56,891 nucleotides of DNA, from NCBI GenBank assembly GCA_032718475.1, contig JAUCBJ010001461.1, positions 1 to 56,891 of the forward strand, in the 5' to 3' direction. This document shows, piece after piece, positions 35,405 to 49,540 of the stretch. Source of the stretch: Nemertoderma westbladi. Taxonomy: Eukaryota > Animalia > Xenacoelomorpha. The position numbers and the translations under genes are program-made. Position 1 is the stretch's first letter. The number at the start of each line of letters is the position of its first letter. The notes under the pieces were generated by a model. The model saw only the letters and a list, made by a program, of their open reading frames with translations. It was not told where the DNA came from and made no database searches.

Positions 35405-36361
35405 GCAGCTCAATGTCGCTGCGCACAAATGTCATGTACTTCACCTTGGTACACGCACACCTAGTGAGTACACTCTCAACGGTTCTATTCTAGAACTCAA
35501 GGAGAGTTATAAGGACCTTGGTTTTTATCGTTACCAAAAATATGCGTTTCAGCAAATACTGCAGCCAACAAGTATCCAAGGCGTATAAAATGTGCAATAT
35601 AATATTTAGGTGCTTCCACACTTCTAATGTCAATGTACTTATTACGGCTTATAAGGCGTATGTTCGCCCACTGTTAGAGTTCTTGTACTGTGGTTTGGTC
35701 TCCTCACCAAATTTTTAATATAAAATTGGTTGAGCGCGTCCAACGATATTTCACCAGACGATTGTTTTCAAGATGTCAGTTAACACACATAGATAACAGT
35801 TACTCTAATAGATTAATACACTTGAAACTCCAACCATTAGAAGTTAGGCGAATAATTTTTGATATCCGTATGGTTTATAATATTTGTCACAATAACATTG
35901 ACCTTCATTTTAACGATTTTTTCTCGCATGTGCAACGGCAAGGTTTGCGAGGCCATAACAGGAAACTGTTTGCACAGCCTAGCAGGCTAGTCGTTGTCAG
36001 AAATCGTTTTGCCAGCCGTATAGTATCCGTGTGGAATTCCTTGCCCTCAGATGCCGTTAATGCACGTAATTTATATATTTTTAATTGCCATATACGTCAT
36101 ATTGATTTTAGTCACTTGTGTCATTTTGTTTAAATATGCACACATTATACCCCGCCTCGTATTTTGATTTGATTTTGATTTATATTTTTTATATTTTCTC
36201 TGTTCATAATGACCGACCGTGTTTTACCTTTTTATTTTTTTAGTTTGCAATATTTTTACTTAATTCCAATAGAGATACGCTCGTAAGTGCAACATTGCCT
36301 GGGTTATCTTCTCCCTCCATACATATAATTGTTTAATTAAAGGTCTGATTTCATTTCATTT
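35405..36361 (+). mobile_element. 5'-truncated, frameshifted CR1-like LINE 3' fragment
   Basis: KDLG, AYKAYVRPLLE, VWSPH, ERVQRYFTR, LEVRR, RGHNRKL, VWNSLP motifs of the CR1-type RT C-terminus; (ATTTC)n tail near 36348-36360. Confidence 0.85.
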
Positions 36362-37459
36362 TGTGAATATGTATGTCATTAAGATTAATTTTAAATAATT
36401 AATTATTTTATTTGTCGGTGCAATTATTTGGAGTGCAATTACATTACATTACATTACATTATATGAAAGTAAATAAAGTGAAAATTTATCGATAAACGTG
36501 TAGCCGCAAAAAAGGCCGGAATCAACAATGGTTGTTACCAGTGCGGCAGCAACTAACTATCACGGTTTGAAAACTGCACTATTATTCAACCATTTTTAAT
36601 CCCCTCCCCCCTCCCCCCCCCCCCCCCCCCCCCCCCAACTAGAAGCCAGGTTAACATTGCATCACTACTGTAGTGCTATAATTTTTAGAACATTTAGAAA
36701 TATTAAAGGCGATGGTAATATTTCAAAATTTTACAAAAATTATATCCTATATTGCAAAACGAAATGTTTTTAGATTAACACCAGTGGTTATATAAATTCA
36801 TCCCTACCCTAGTCGACACCTCCATTCGTCTTATCTCTCAGCACACCTTGGCGGCTCATTCTTTGACATGTATACACCACACCCCCCCCCCCCCCCCCTC
36901 CCAACCCTACCTAAACAAACAAACACGACCAACACACAATGGTTACGAACTTCATTCAAACAAAATACCTCATTAATAAATCTATTAAGCATCCTATGTA
37001 AGATATGCACCCTATTAAATTATTTAATAATGGCCTAATTGCGCATTCAAAATATATATATATATATATGTATATAACATAGAAAATTTCATAGTTACCC
37101 GCTAGATGACGCTAAACTTTGTCAACTATATACATGTATAACTATTTCTTATACGCAATAATTTTTATTGTCCGTTTAAATCCTTTTTTTTTTGTTCTTT
37201 TTTTTTATTTTTTATGTCCTCCAAAAATTTAATGTTATGTTCCATGCTACCCAGCTACCGGTTTCTCTACTGCTGTTCTCTCAGGCTATCAGTACCAGTA
37301 TTAGTATATATAGCACTATGTTGCTGTATTGTATGTACAGATGTAGGTATAAAGCAGGTATTTCTGTATTTTAGTACCGGTACCGGCACCGGTACTGCTG
37401 TAGGCCTACTGTATAGCATACCAATTAAATACGGTACTGGTAGGCCTAACGGCTGACCG

Positions 37460-38165
37460 GTTGTTTTGGTTAGAAAATCCCGCCTCTGTAACCTGCTCCT
37501 TTCCCCCGCCTCTGTAACCTGCCCCTTTCCCTCAATTAGTTAAATGATCGTTTATTGTTTTGGTTAGAAAATCCCGCCTCTGTAACCTGCTCCTTTCCCT
37601 CAATTAGTTAAGTGATCGTTTATTGTTTGGTTAGGAAATCCCGCCTCTGTAACCTGCTCCTTTCCCCGATTTGTTAAAGTGACTGTTTATTGTTTTGGTT
37701 ATAAAATCCCGCCTCTGTAACCTGCTCCTTTCCCTCAATTAGTTAAGTGATCGTTTATTGTTTTGGTTAGGAAATCCCGCCTATGTAACCTGCTCCTTTC
37801 TCTCAATTGGTAATGTTATCGTTTATTGTTTTGGTTAGAAAATCCCGTCTCTGTAACCTGCTCCTTTCCCTAATTTGGTAATGTGACTGTTTATTGTTTT
37901 GGTTAGAAAATCCCGCCTCTGTAACCTGCTCATTTCTCTCAATTGGTAATGTTATCGTTTATTGTTTTGGTTATAAAATCCCGTCTCTGTAACCTGCTCC
38001 TTTCCCTCAATTAGTTAAATGATCGTTTATTGTTTTGGTTAGAAAATCCCGCCTCTGTAACCTGCTGCTTTCCCTGATTTGGTAAAGTAACTGTTTATTG
38101 TTTTGGTTAGAAAATCCGGCCTTAACCTGCTCCTTTCCATCAATTGGTAATTGTTTTTGGCTATA
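37460..38165. repeat. About 68-bp tandem repeat, about 10 diverged copies
   Basis: Unit TTTTGGTTAGAAAATCCCGCCTCTGTAACCTGCTCCTTTCCCTCAATTAGTTAAGTGATCGTTTATTG. Confidence 0.9.
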
Positions 38166-38440
38166 AAATGAGTGTTTTGCTACGGCATGTGGTAATCGAT
38201 TATCGACAACAACCACAAACTATTAAATTTAGAGTATTTTACCACAGGCGCATATGGAATTCTATCTCATAGTCTATAAATCTTGGAATCATGGAATGTT
38301 TTGGCACAGGCATAGTAAAACCAACTGTCCGACAGACCAGAAATCAACAAATTTTGAATGTTTTGGCATAGGCATGTTGAAATCAACTGTCTGACAGTCC
38401 AGAAATCAGCAGTCTGACAGTTTGAAGAAATACATACATA

Positions 38441-38507
38441 AAAAGTCATTAAAAGGACAACAAAAGTCATTAAAAGGACAACAAAAGTCATTAAAAGCAC
38501 AGTCATT
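38441..38507. repeat. 21-bp tandem repeat (AAAAGTCATTAAAAGGACAAC), 3 copies
   Basis: Direct reading. Confidence 0.8.
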
Positions 38508-38638
38508 ATGCACAATTCGTAAAAAAAGGAGGACAAAAAAGTCAAATAAAAGGACATAAAAAATCACTGCCTTTCTTATACATACCGCATATATTTCACA
38601 ATGGGACCAGTGGCCTAAAATCTGAGAGGAATAAACAT

Positions 38639-39244
38639 GTGGGGCGAGACACGTAGTCGGCGAGCCTTGGCATACGGTTCATATAGGGCAAATGGGGCAT
38701 GTCCGTCTGTCTGTCTGTCCGTCCGTCTGGTAAATGTTTGAACGCGAATTTCTCTGCATCGCTGGTTCGGAATTGAACCAAACTTAGTAGGTAAGTAGTA
38801 GAGAGAAAGTTTAGAAAGTTTGTAAAGTTTGGTGAAAAATCATGCAGTCTGACGTCAGCTACGACAGATTATGTGGTTTTTAGAAAATGTTAAATTTCTC
38901 GGGAAGGCATCATTTTCCTGAGCTGAAATTTTGGTGGCCTGTAGAGAATCATGAAGTCTATCTTTTACGAAATTGAAAAGTTAAGACATTTAATTAGGGA
39001 TCCGCTAGAGACTCAGAAGTAATGACATAGGCCTACCGGTACGGTACTGCTGTACAGTGCTGCACTGGTAAGTACGAAATTGCAGAATAACAATTTGACA
39101 CCACCTAGCGGATTAACATATGATTGTATATCGAATGAATACATTTATAGCATGGGATATGGGGTCCAAACTAGACATGCCCCATTTGCTCTATATGAAC
39201 CGTATGCCAAGGCTTGCCGACTACGTGCTGCGCGAAGTCCCCAC
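38639..39244. mobile_element. Non-autonomous MITE/HINE-like element with ~65-bp terminal inverted repeats and internal (GTCY)n microsatellite
   Basis: 38639-38703 is the reverse complement of 39174-39244 (GACATGCCCCATTTGC.CTATATGAACCGTATGCCAAGGCT.GCCGACTACGTG); GTCCGTCTGTCTGTCTGTCCGTCCGTC follows the left repeat. Confidence 0.75.
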
Positions 39245-40126
39245 GAACGTGTATATACTGTATGTATAAGTATTTTCAGATACATGTAGTCGTACTGTAG
39301 TACTGTACAACGCTCAAAATACAAATACTAAGCATCTGTCACTTGAACTGGGGTCCTATTATTGTGGACTGTGGTACAGCATTACAGAATGTAGCCTATA
39401 CCGCAAACAGGCCATTGCTTGGCCCGGCCCATACGAGTTTATTTGCTTTTAGCTTCGCCAAAAGCGAGGCACCATGGGGCCATAAATAACAGAGGAACAA
39501 TGATCTCGGTATCACGGTGTAATGCACCGGGTTACCGATATATTGTTACCTAAGCCGTTATGGACCGTCCCATGACTGTACGGGTAATGGCTAGCAGACA
39601 TGCTGACCTACCTAAAGCTCCCAATGCCCTGCCCCTTTAAAGCCTTGCTCAGTGATGCAGAACCAATTAGGCACGATCTCGCCACTAGCGAGACAATGTT
39701 ACATTGTTCGCAAAGAGCCCAAACGTCCCTCCTACTGCTACCCACTAGCTACCCTGTCATCCACTCTACCTCCACTCATCACATACTTTACCGGTTACAA
39801 TTAGAGCGGCGAACCATGAAAGACTTTTATTTGGCTGGTTGCTGATTCTCCGGACTATTAAAGTTTGGCCTACAGGGCCACCTCCTATCATTCTGTGTCA
39901 TTATATCATTTGCAGGCTATTGTATCCGTGACTTTCTATAATGAGGTCTGATACAGCTTACACAGAAAAAGCAATCGTGTTTAAATTTTTAGAGAATTTC
40001 AATTTTGAACTATACAGTATATTCGGTATACTGGCGTTTCGGCCTGAACGTCTGTTACCCAGTATAATCAGATGTGTATGTACAATAGGGATGGTGCGCG
40101 AAAAATTTATTTGGCTAGAAACTATA

Positions 40127-43100
40127 ATTGAATACCAAGGTAACGAAGTCCACTATTGAATACCAAGGTAACGAAGTCCACTATTGAATACCAAGGTAAC
40201 GAAGTCCACTATTGAATAAAGGGTAACAAAGTCCCCTATTGAATAAAGGGTAACAAAGTCCCCTATTGAATAAAGGGTAACAAAGTCCCCTATCCATATT
40301 GAAGAAGTGATAACAAGGTCCCCTATTGAATATCAAGGTAACGAAGTCCACTATTGAATAAAGGGTAACAAAGTCCCCTATTGAATAAAGGGTAACAAAG
40401 TCCCCTATTGAATAAAGGGTAACAAAGTCCCCTATTGAATAAAGGGTAACAAAGTCCCCTATTGAATAAAGGGTAACAAAGTCCCCTATTGAATAAAGGG
40501 TAACAAAGTCCCCTATCCATATTGAAGAAGTGATAACAAGGTCCCCTATTGAATATCAAGGTAACGAAGTCTACTATCGAATAAAGGGTAACAAAGTCCC
40601 CTATTGAATAAAGGGTAACAAAGTCCCCTATTGAATAAAGGGTAACAAAGTCCCCTTTTGAATAAAGGGTAAAAAAGTCCCCTATTAAATAAAGGGTAAC
40701 AAAGTCCCCTATTGAATAAAGGGTAACAAAGTCCCCTATCCATATTGAAGAAGTGATAACAAGGTCCCCTATTGAATATCAAGGTAACGAAGTCCACTAT
40801 TGAATAAAGGGTAACAAAGTCCCCTATTGAATAAAGGGTAACAAAGTCCCCTATTGAATAAAGGGTAACAAAGTCCCCTTTTGAATAAAGGGTAACAAAG
40901 TCCCCTATTAAATAAAGGGTAACAAAGTCCCCTATTGAATAAAGGGTAACAAAGTCCCCTATTGAATAAAGGGTAACAAAGTCCCCTATCCATATTGAAG
41001 AAGTGATAACAAGGTCCCCTATTGAATACCAAGGTAACAAAGTCCCCTATTGAATAAAGGGTAACAAAGTCCCCTATTGAATAAAGGGTAACAAAGTCCC
41101 CTATCCATATTGAAGAAGTGATAACAAGGTCCCCTATTGAATATCAAGGTAACGAAGTCCACTATTGAATAAAGGGTAACAATGTCCCCTATTGAATAAA
41201 GGGTAACAAAGTCCCCTATTGAATAAAGGGTAACAAAGTCCCCTATTGAATAAAGGGTAACAAAGTCCCTTATTGAATAAAGGGTAACAAAGTCCCCTAT
41301 CCATATTGAAGAAGTGATAACAAGGTCCCCTATTGAATATCAAGGTAACGAAGTCTACTATTGAATAAAGGGTAACAAAGTCCCCTATTGAATAAAGGGT
41401 AACAAAGTCCCCTATTGAATAAAGGGTAACAAAGTTCCCTATTGAATAAAGGGTAACAAAGTCCCCTATTGAATAAAGGGTAACAAAGTCCCCTATTAAA
41501 TAAAGGGTAACAAAGTCCCCTATTGAATAAAGGGTAACAAAGTCCCCTATCCATATTGAAGAAGTGATAACAAGGTCCCCTATTGAATATCAAGGTAACG
41601 AAGTCCACTATTGAATAAAGGGTAACAAAGTCCCCTATTGAATAAAGGGTAACAAAGTCCCCTATTGAATAAAGGGTAACAAAGTCCCCTTTGGAATAAA
41701 GGGTAACAAAGTCCCCTATTAAATAAAGGGTAACAAAGTCCCCTATTGAATAAAGGGTAACAAAGTCCCCTATCCATATTGAAGAAGTGATAACAAGGTC
41801 CCCTATTGAATATCAAGGTAACGAAGTCCACTATTGAATAAAGGGTAACAAAGTCCCCTATTGAATAAAGGGTAACAAAGTCCCCTATTGAATAAAGGGT
41901 AACAAAGTCCCCTATTGAATAAAGGGTAACAAAGTCCCCTATTGAATAAAGGGTAACAAAGTCCCCTATTAAATAAAGGGTAACAAAGTCCCCTATTGAA
42001 TAAAGGGTAACAAAGTCCCCTATCCATATTGAAGAAGTGATAACAAGGTCCCCTATTGAATATCAAGGTAACGAAGTCCACTATTGAATAAAGGGTAACA
42101 AAGTCCCCTATTGAATAAAGGGTAACAAAGTCCCCTATTGAATAAAGGGTAACAAAGTCCCCTTTTGAATAAAGGGTAACAAAGTCCCCTATTAAATAAA
42201 GGGTAACAAAGTCCCCTATTGAATAAAGGGTAACAAAGTCCCCTATCCATATTGTAGAAGTGATAACAAGGTCCCCTATTGAATATCAAGGTAACGAAGT
42301 CTACTATTGAATAAAGGGTAACAAAGTCCCCTATTGAATAAAGGGTAACAAAGTCCCCTATTGAATAAAGGGTAACAAAGTCCCCTATTGAATAAAGGGT
42401 AACAAAGTCCCCTATTGAATAAAGGGTAACAAAGTCCCCTATCCATATTGAAGAAGTGATAACAAGGTCCCCTATTGAATATCAAGGTAACGAAGTCCAC
42501 TATTGAATAAAGGGTAACAAAGTCCCCTTTTGAATAAAGGGTAACAAAGTCCCCTATTAAATAAAGGGTAACAAAGTCCCCTATTGAATAAAGGGTAACA
42601 AAGTCCCCTATCCATATTGAAGAAGTGATAACAAGGTCTCCTATTGAATACCAAGGTAACGAAGTCCACTATTGAATAAAGGGTAACAAAGTCCCCTATT
42701 GAATAAAGGGTAACAAAGTCCCCTATTGAATAAAGTGTAACAAAGTCACCTATTGAATAAAGTGTAACAAAGTCCACTATTGAATAAAGGGTAACAAAGT
42801 CCCCTATCCATATTGTAGAAGTGATAACAAGGTCCCCTATTGAATATCAAGGTAACGAAGTCCACTATTGAATAAAGGGTAACAAAGTCCCCTATTGAAT
42901 AAAGGGCAACAAAGTCCCCTATTAAATAAAGGGTAACAAAGTCCCCTATTGAATAAAGGGTAACAAAGTCCCCTATTGAATAAAGGGTAACAAAGTCCCC
43001 TATCCATATTGAAGAAGTGATAACAAGGTCCCCTATTGAATATCAAGGTAACGAAGTCCACTATTGAATAAAGGGTAACAAAGTCCCCTATTGATAAAGG

Positions 43101-46100
43101 GTAACAAAGTCCCCTATTAAATAAAGGGTAACAAAGTCCCCTATTGAATAAAGGGTAACAAAGTCCCCTATTCATATCGAAGAAGTGATAACAAGGTCTC
43201 CTATTGAATACCAAGGTAACGAAGTCCACTATTGAATAAAGTGTAACAAAGTCCACTATTGAATAAAGGGTAAAAAAGTCCCTTATTAAATAAAGGGTAA
43301 CAAAGTCCCCTATTGAATAAAGGGTAACAAGGTCCCCTATTGAATAAAGGGTAACAAAGTCCCCTATTGAATAAAGGGTAACAAAGTCCCCTATTGAATA
43401 AAGGGTAACAAAGTCCCCTATTGAATAAAGGGTAACAAAGTCCCCTATCCATATTGAAGAAGTGATAACAAGGTCCCCTATTGAATATCAAGGTAACAAA
43501 GTCCCCTATTGAATAAAGGGTAACAAAGTCCCCTATTGAATAAAGGGTAACAAAGTCCCCTATTGAATAAAGGGTAACAAAGTCCCCTATCCATATTGAA
43601 GAAGTGATAACAAGGTCCCCTATTGAATATCAAGGTAACGAAGTCTACTATTGAATAAAGGGTAACAAAGTCCCCTATTGAATAAAGGGTAACAAAGTCC
43701 CCTATTGAATAAAGGGTAACAAAGTCCCCTTTTGAATAAAGGGTAACAAAGTCCCCTATTAAATAAAGGGTAACAAAGTCCCCTATTGAATAAAGGGTAA
43801 CAAAGTCCCCTATTGAATAAAGGGTAACAAAGTCCCCTATCCATATTGAAGAAGTGATAACAAGGTCCCCTATTGAATATCAAGGTAACGAAATCCACTA
43901 TTGAATAAAGGGTAACAAAGTCCCCTATTGAATAAAGGGTAACAAAGTCCCCTATTGAATAAAGGGTAACAAAGTCCCCTTTTGAATAAAGGGTAACAAA
44001 GTCCCCTATCCATATTGAAGAAGTGATAACAAGGTCCCCTATTGAATATCAAGGTAACGAAGTCCACTATTGAATAAAGGGTAACAAAGTCCCCTATTGA
44101 ATAAAGGGTAACAAAGTCCCCTATTGAATAAAGGGTAACAAAGTCCCCTATTGAATAAAGGGTAACAAAGTCCCCTATCCATATTGAAGAAGTGATAACA
44201 AGGTCCCCTATTGAATATCAAGGTAACGAAGTCCACTATTGAATAAAGGGTAACAAAGTCCCCTATTGAATAAAGGGTAACAAAGTCCCCTATTAAATAA
44301 AGGGTAACAAAGTCCCCTATTGAATAAAGGGTAACAAAGTCCCCTATCCATATTGAAGAAATGATAACAAGGTCTCCTATTGAATACCAAGGTAACGAAG
44401 TCCACTATTGAATAAAGGGTAACAAAGTCCCCTATTGAATAAAGGGTAACAAAGTCCCCTATAGAATAAAGGGTAACAAGGTCCCCTATTGAATAAAGGG
44501 TAACAAAGTCGCATATTGAAAAAGGGGTAACAAGGTCCCCTATTGAATAAGGGGTAACAAGGTCCCCTATTGAATAAAGGGTAACAAGGTTATGGGGTAA
44601 CAAGGTGTCCTATTGGATAAAGGGTAACAAAGTCGCATATTGAAAAAGGGGTAACAAGGTCCGTATTGAATAAAGGGTAACAAGGTCCCCTATTGAATAA
44701 AGGTTAACAAGGTGTCCTATTGAATAAAGGGTAACAAGGTCCCCTATTGAATAAAGGGTAACAAGGTTATGGGGTAACAAGGTGTCCTATTGGATAAAGG
44801 GTAACAAAGTCGCATATTGAAAAAGGGGTAACAAGGTCCGTATTGAATAAAGGGTAACAAGGTCCCCTATTGAATAAAGGTTAACAAGGTGTCCTATTGA
44901 ATAAAGGGTAACAAGGTCCCCTATTGAATAAAGGGTAACAAGGTTATGGGGTAACAAGGTGTCCTATTGGATAAAGGGTAACAAGGTCGCATATTGAATA
45001 AGGGGTAACAAGGTCCCGTATTGAATAAGGGGTAACAAGGTCCTCTATTGAATAAAGGGTAACAAGGTTATGGGGTAACAAGGTGTCCTATTGAATAAAG
45101 GGTAACAAGGTCCCCTATTGAATAAAGGGTAACAAGGTTATGGGGTAACAAGGTGTCCTATTGGATAAAGGGTAACAAGGTCGCATATTGAATAAGGGGT
45201 AACAAGGTCCCCTATTGAATAAAGGGTAACAAGGTGTCCTATTGAATAAAGGGTAACAAGGTCCCCTATTGAATAAAGGGTAACAAGGTTATGGGGTAAC
45301 AAGGTCTCCTATTGAATACCAAGGTAACGAAGTCCACTATTGAATAAAGTGTAACAAAGTCCACTATTGAATAAAGGGTAACAAAGTCCCCTATTAAATA
45401 AAGGGTAACAAAGTCCCCTATTGAATAAAGGGTAACAAGGTCCCCTATTAAATAAAGGGTAACAAAGTCCCCTATCCATATTGAAGAAGTGATAACAAGG
45501 TCTCCTATTGAATACCAAGGCAACGAAGTCCACTATTGAATAAAGGGTAACAAAGTCCCCTATTGAATAAAGGGTAACAAAGTCCCCTATTAAATAAAGG
45601 GTAACAAAGTCCCCTATTCAATAAAGGGTAACAAAGTCCCCTATTCAATAAAGGGTAACAAAGTCCCCTATCAATATTGAAGAAGTGATAACAAGGGCCC
45701 CTATTGAATACCAAGGTAACGAAGTCCACTATTGAATAAAGGGTAACAAAGTCCCCTATTGAATAAAGGGTAACAAAGTCCCCTATTGAATAAAGGGTAA
45801 CAAGGTCCCCTATTGAATAAAGGGTAACAAAGTCCCCTATTTAATAAAGGGTAACAAAGTCCCCTATCCATATTGAAGAAGTGATAACAAGGTCCTCTAT
45901 TGAATATCAAGGTAACGAAGTCCACTATTGAATAAAGGGTAACAAGGTTATGGGGTAACAAGGTGTCCTATTGGATAAAGGGTAACAAGGTTATGGGGTA
46001 ACAAGGTGTCCTATTGGATAAAGGGTAACAAAGTCCCCTATTGAATAAAGTGTAACAAAGTCCACTATTGAATAAAGGGTAACAAAGTCCCCTATTGAAT

Positions 46101-48735
46101 AAAGGGTAACAAATTCCCCTATCCATATTGAAGAAGTGATAACAAGGTCCTCTATTGAATATCAAGGTAACGAAGTCCACTATTGAATAAAGGGTAACAA
46201 GGTTATGGGGTAACAAGGTGTCCTATTGGATAAAGGGTAACAAGTTTATGGGGTAACAAGGTGTCCTATTGGATAAAGGGTAACAAAGTCCCCTATTGAA
46301 TAAAGTGTAACAAAGTCCCCTATCCATATTGAAGAAGTGATAACAAGGTCCCCTATTGAATATCAAGGTAACGAAGTCCACTATTGAATAAAGGGTAACA
46401 AAGTCCCCTATTGAATAAAGGGTAACAAGGTCCCCTATTGAATAAAGGGTAACAAGGTTATGGGGTAACAAGGTGTCCTATTGAATAAAGGGTAACAAAG
46501 TCCCCTATTGAATAAAGGGTAACAAAGTCCCCTATCCATATTGAAGAAGTGATAACAAGGTCCCCTATTGAATATCAAGGTAACGAAATCCACTATTGAA
46601 TAAAGGGTAACAAAGTCCCCTATTGAATAAAGGGTAACAAGGTCCCCTATTGAATAAAGGGTAACAAGGTTATGGGGTAACAAGGTGTCCTATTGGATAA
46701 AGGGTAACAAGGTCGCATATTGAATACGGGGTAACAAGGTCCCGTATTGAATAAAGGGTAACAAGGTCGCATATTGAATAAGGGGTAACAAGGTCCCGTA
46801 TTGAATAAAGGGTAACAAAGTCCCCTATTGAATAAAGGGTAACAAAGTCCCCTATCCATATTGAAGAAGTGATAACAAGGTCCCCTATTGAATATCAAGG
46901 TAACGAAGTGCACTATTGAATAATGGGTAACAAAGTCCCCTATTGAATAAAGGGTAACAAAGTCCCCTATTGAATAAAGGGTAACAAAGTCCCCTATTGA
47001 ATAAAGGGTAACAAAGTCCCCTATTGAATAAAGGGTAACAAAGTCCCCTATCCATATTGAAGAAGTGATAACAAGGTCCCCTATTGAATATCAAGGTAAC
47101 GAAGTCCACTATTGAATGAAGGGTAACAATGTCCCCTATTGAATAAAGGGTAACAAAGTCCCCTATTAAATAAAGGGTAACAAAGTCCCCTATTGAATAA
47201 AGGGTAACAAAGTCCCCTATCCATATTGAAGAAATGATAACAAGGTCTCCTATTGAATACCAAGGTAACGAAGTCCACTATTGAATAAAGGGTAACAAAG
47301 TCCCCTATTGAATAAAGGGTAACAAAGTCCCCTATTGAATAAAGGGTAACAAGGTCCCCTATTGAATAAAGGGTAACAAAGTCGCATATTGAAAAAGGGG
47401 TAACAAGGTCCCCTATTGAATAAGGGGTAACAAGGTCCCCTATTGAATAAAGGGTAACAAGGTTATGGGGTAACAAGGTGTCCTATTGGATAAAGGGTAA
47501 CAATGTCGCATATTGAAAAAGGGGTAACAAGGTCCGTATTGAATAAAGGGTAACAAGGTCCCCTATTGAATAAAGGTTAACAAGGTATCCTATTGAATAA
47601 AGGGTAACAAGGTCCCCTATTGAATAAAGGGTAACAAGGTTATGGGGTAACAAGGTGTCCTATTGGATAAAGGGTAACAAAGTCGCATATTGAAAAAGGG
47701 GTAACAAGGTCCGTATTGAATAAAGGGTAACAAGGTCCCCTATTGAATAAAGGTTAACAAGGTGTCCTATTGAATAAAGGGTAACAAGGTCCCCTATTGA
47801 ATAAAGGGTAACAAGGTTATGGGGTAACAAGGTGTCCTATTGGATAAAGGGTAACAAGGTCGCATATTGAATAAGGGGTAACAAGGTCCCGTATTGAATA
47901 AGGGGTAACAAGGTCCTCTATTGAATAAAGGGTAACAAGGTTATGGGGTAACAAGGTGTCCTATTGAATAAAGGGTAACAAGGTCCCCTATTGAATAAAG
48001 GGTAACAAGGTTATGGGGTAACAAGGTGTCCTATTGGATAAAGGGTAACAAGGTCGCATATTGAATAAGGGGTAACAAGGTCCCCTATTGAATAAAGGGT
48101 AACAAGGTGTCCTATTGAATAAAGGGTAACAAGGTCCCCTATTGAATAAAGGGTAACAAGGTTATGGGGTAACAAGGTGTCCTATTGGATAAAGGGTAAC
48201 AAGGTCGCATATTGAATAAGGGGTAACAAGGTCCCCTATTGAATAAGGGGTAACAAGGTCCCCTATTGAATAAAGGGTAACAAGGTCCCCTATTGAATAA
48301 AGGGTAAGAAGGTTATGGGGTAACAAGGTGTCCTATTGAATAAAGGGTAACAAGGTTATTGGGTAACAAGGTCCCCTATTGAATAAAGGGTAACAAGGTG
48401 TCCTATTGAATAAAGGGTAACAAGGTCCCATATTGAATAAGGGGTAACAAGGTCCCGTATTGAATAAGGGGTAACAAGGTCCCCTATTGAATAAAGGGTA
48501 ACAAGGTTATGGGGTAACAAGGTGTCCTATTGAATAAAGGGTAACAAGGTCCCATATTGAATAAGGGGTAACAAGGTCCCGTATTGAATAAGGGGTAACA
48601 AGGTCCCCTATTGAATAAAGGGTAACAAGGTTATGGGAAAACAAGGTGTCCTATTGAATAAAGGGTAACAAGATCCCCTATTGAATAAAGGTAAAGGTAA
48701 ACAAGGTGTCCTATTGAATAAGGGGTATCAAGGTA
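40127..48735. repeat. 8.6-kb satellite, 27-bp core (CTATTGAATAAAGGGTAACAAAGTCCC) with 28- and 34-bp variants in higher-order repeats
   Basis: Direct reading; the recurring LCYPLFNRG ORFs are translation artefacts of the 27-mer. Confidence 0.97.
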
Positions 48736-48993
48736 CACTGAATTGAGTGGCTGGGTGTTTTTTTTTTTAAAACACGAATTTATTATAAACAAATTTACAC
48801 CAAATTCTTTCGTATTTTTACTTTTTTGCGCTTTAATATAAGGGGGATACGAATATGGAGTTTGCTGCATTGAATTGAGATGCGGCCTCCATTTCTTATG
48901 TGATGTAACAGGTAACTGCCAAAAGAGAAATGAGCTTCGGGTTGTATACTAAGGTCGTGTTTTAAGTTCATCGAAATAATTATATTAGTTCAC

Positions 48994-49104
48994 CGACATA
49001 ATTATGTTAATTAATCGACATAATTATGTTAATTAATCGACATAATTATGTTAATTAATCGACATAATTATGTTAATTAATCGACATAATTATGTTAATT
49101 AATC
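48994..49104. repeat. 22-bp palindromic tandem repeat (CGACATAATTATGTTAATTAAT), 5 copies
   Basis: Contains palindromes ACATAATTATGT and ATTAAT/TTAATTAA. Confidence 0.9.
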
Positions 49105-49463
49105 CTTCTTCACCTTTTTTTAAAAGTTATTTGTTACCCAATAGGTTGCAATAAAATATGAATTATGAAAATTATTGTCTTTCTACGGAAACAGATTTCA
49201 GTGAAATATTGTGAAATAATTTTTTGGGACAATATGCGCATGCGCAATGCTCACACTTCTATTATACAATATAACGTCAATGGAAGTAATTATTTAATTA
49301 AATACATTGTATACACAGGAGATAAATAAGATAGAGACAACTATTTGTAAATATAAGAATATAAATCAACTACAGACAAACAATGTTGAATGAAAAATAT
49401 AAGAAGAATTAAAGAAGCATAATTAAAAAAAAAACATTTAATAGGATTAAAGAGTTTAAACAA

Positions 49464-49531
49464 GCGTGATGTCTCTATGTGATGTTCTACAAACGTGATG
49501 TCTCTATGTGATGTTCTACAAACGTGATGTT
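49464..49531. repeat. 29-bp tandem repeat, about 2.3 copies, in the putative 3' UTR
   Basis: CGTGATGTCTCTATGTGATGTTCTACAAA repeated. Confidence 0.7.
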
Positions 49532-49540
49532 CAAGTCACT

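Noticed and set aside
35184-36905. Short pentamer runs ((TCTTA)n, (CTAAA)n, (TTACA)n) and poly-C tracts
   Set aside because: Probably tails of decayed LINE/SINE insertions and simple repeats; element bodies cannot be delimited by eye.
40323-47476. Many minus-strand ORFs (LCYPLFNRG repeats)
   Set aside because: Translation artefacts of a 27-bp unit lacking stops in one frame.
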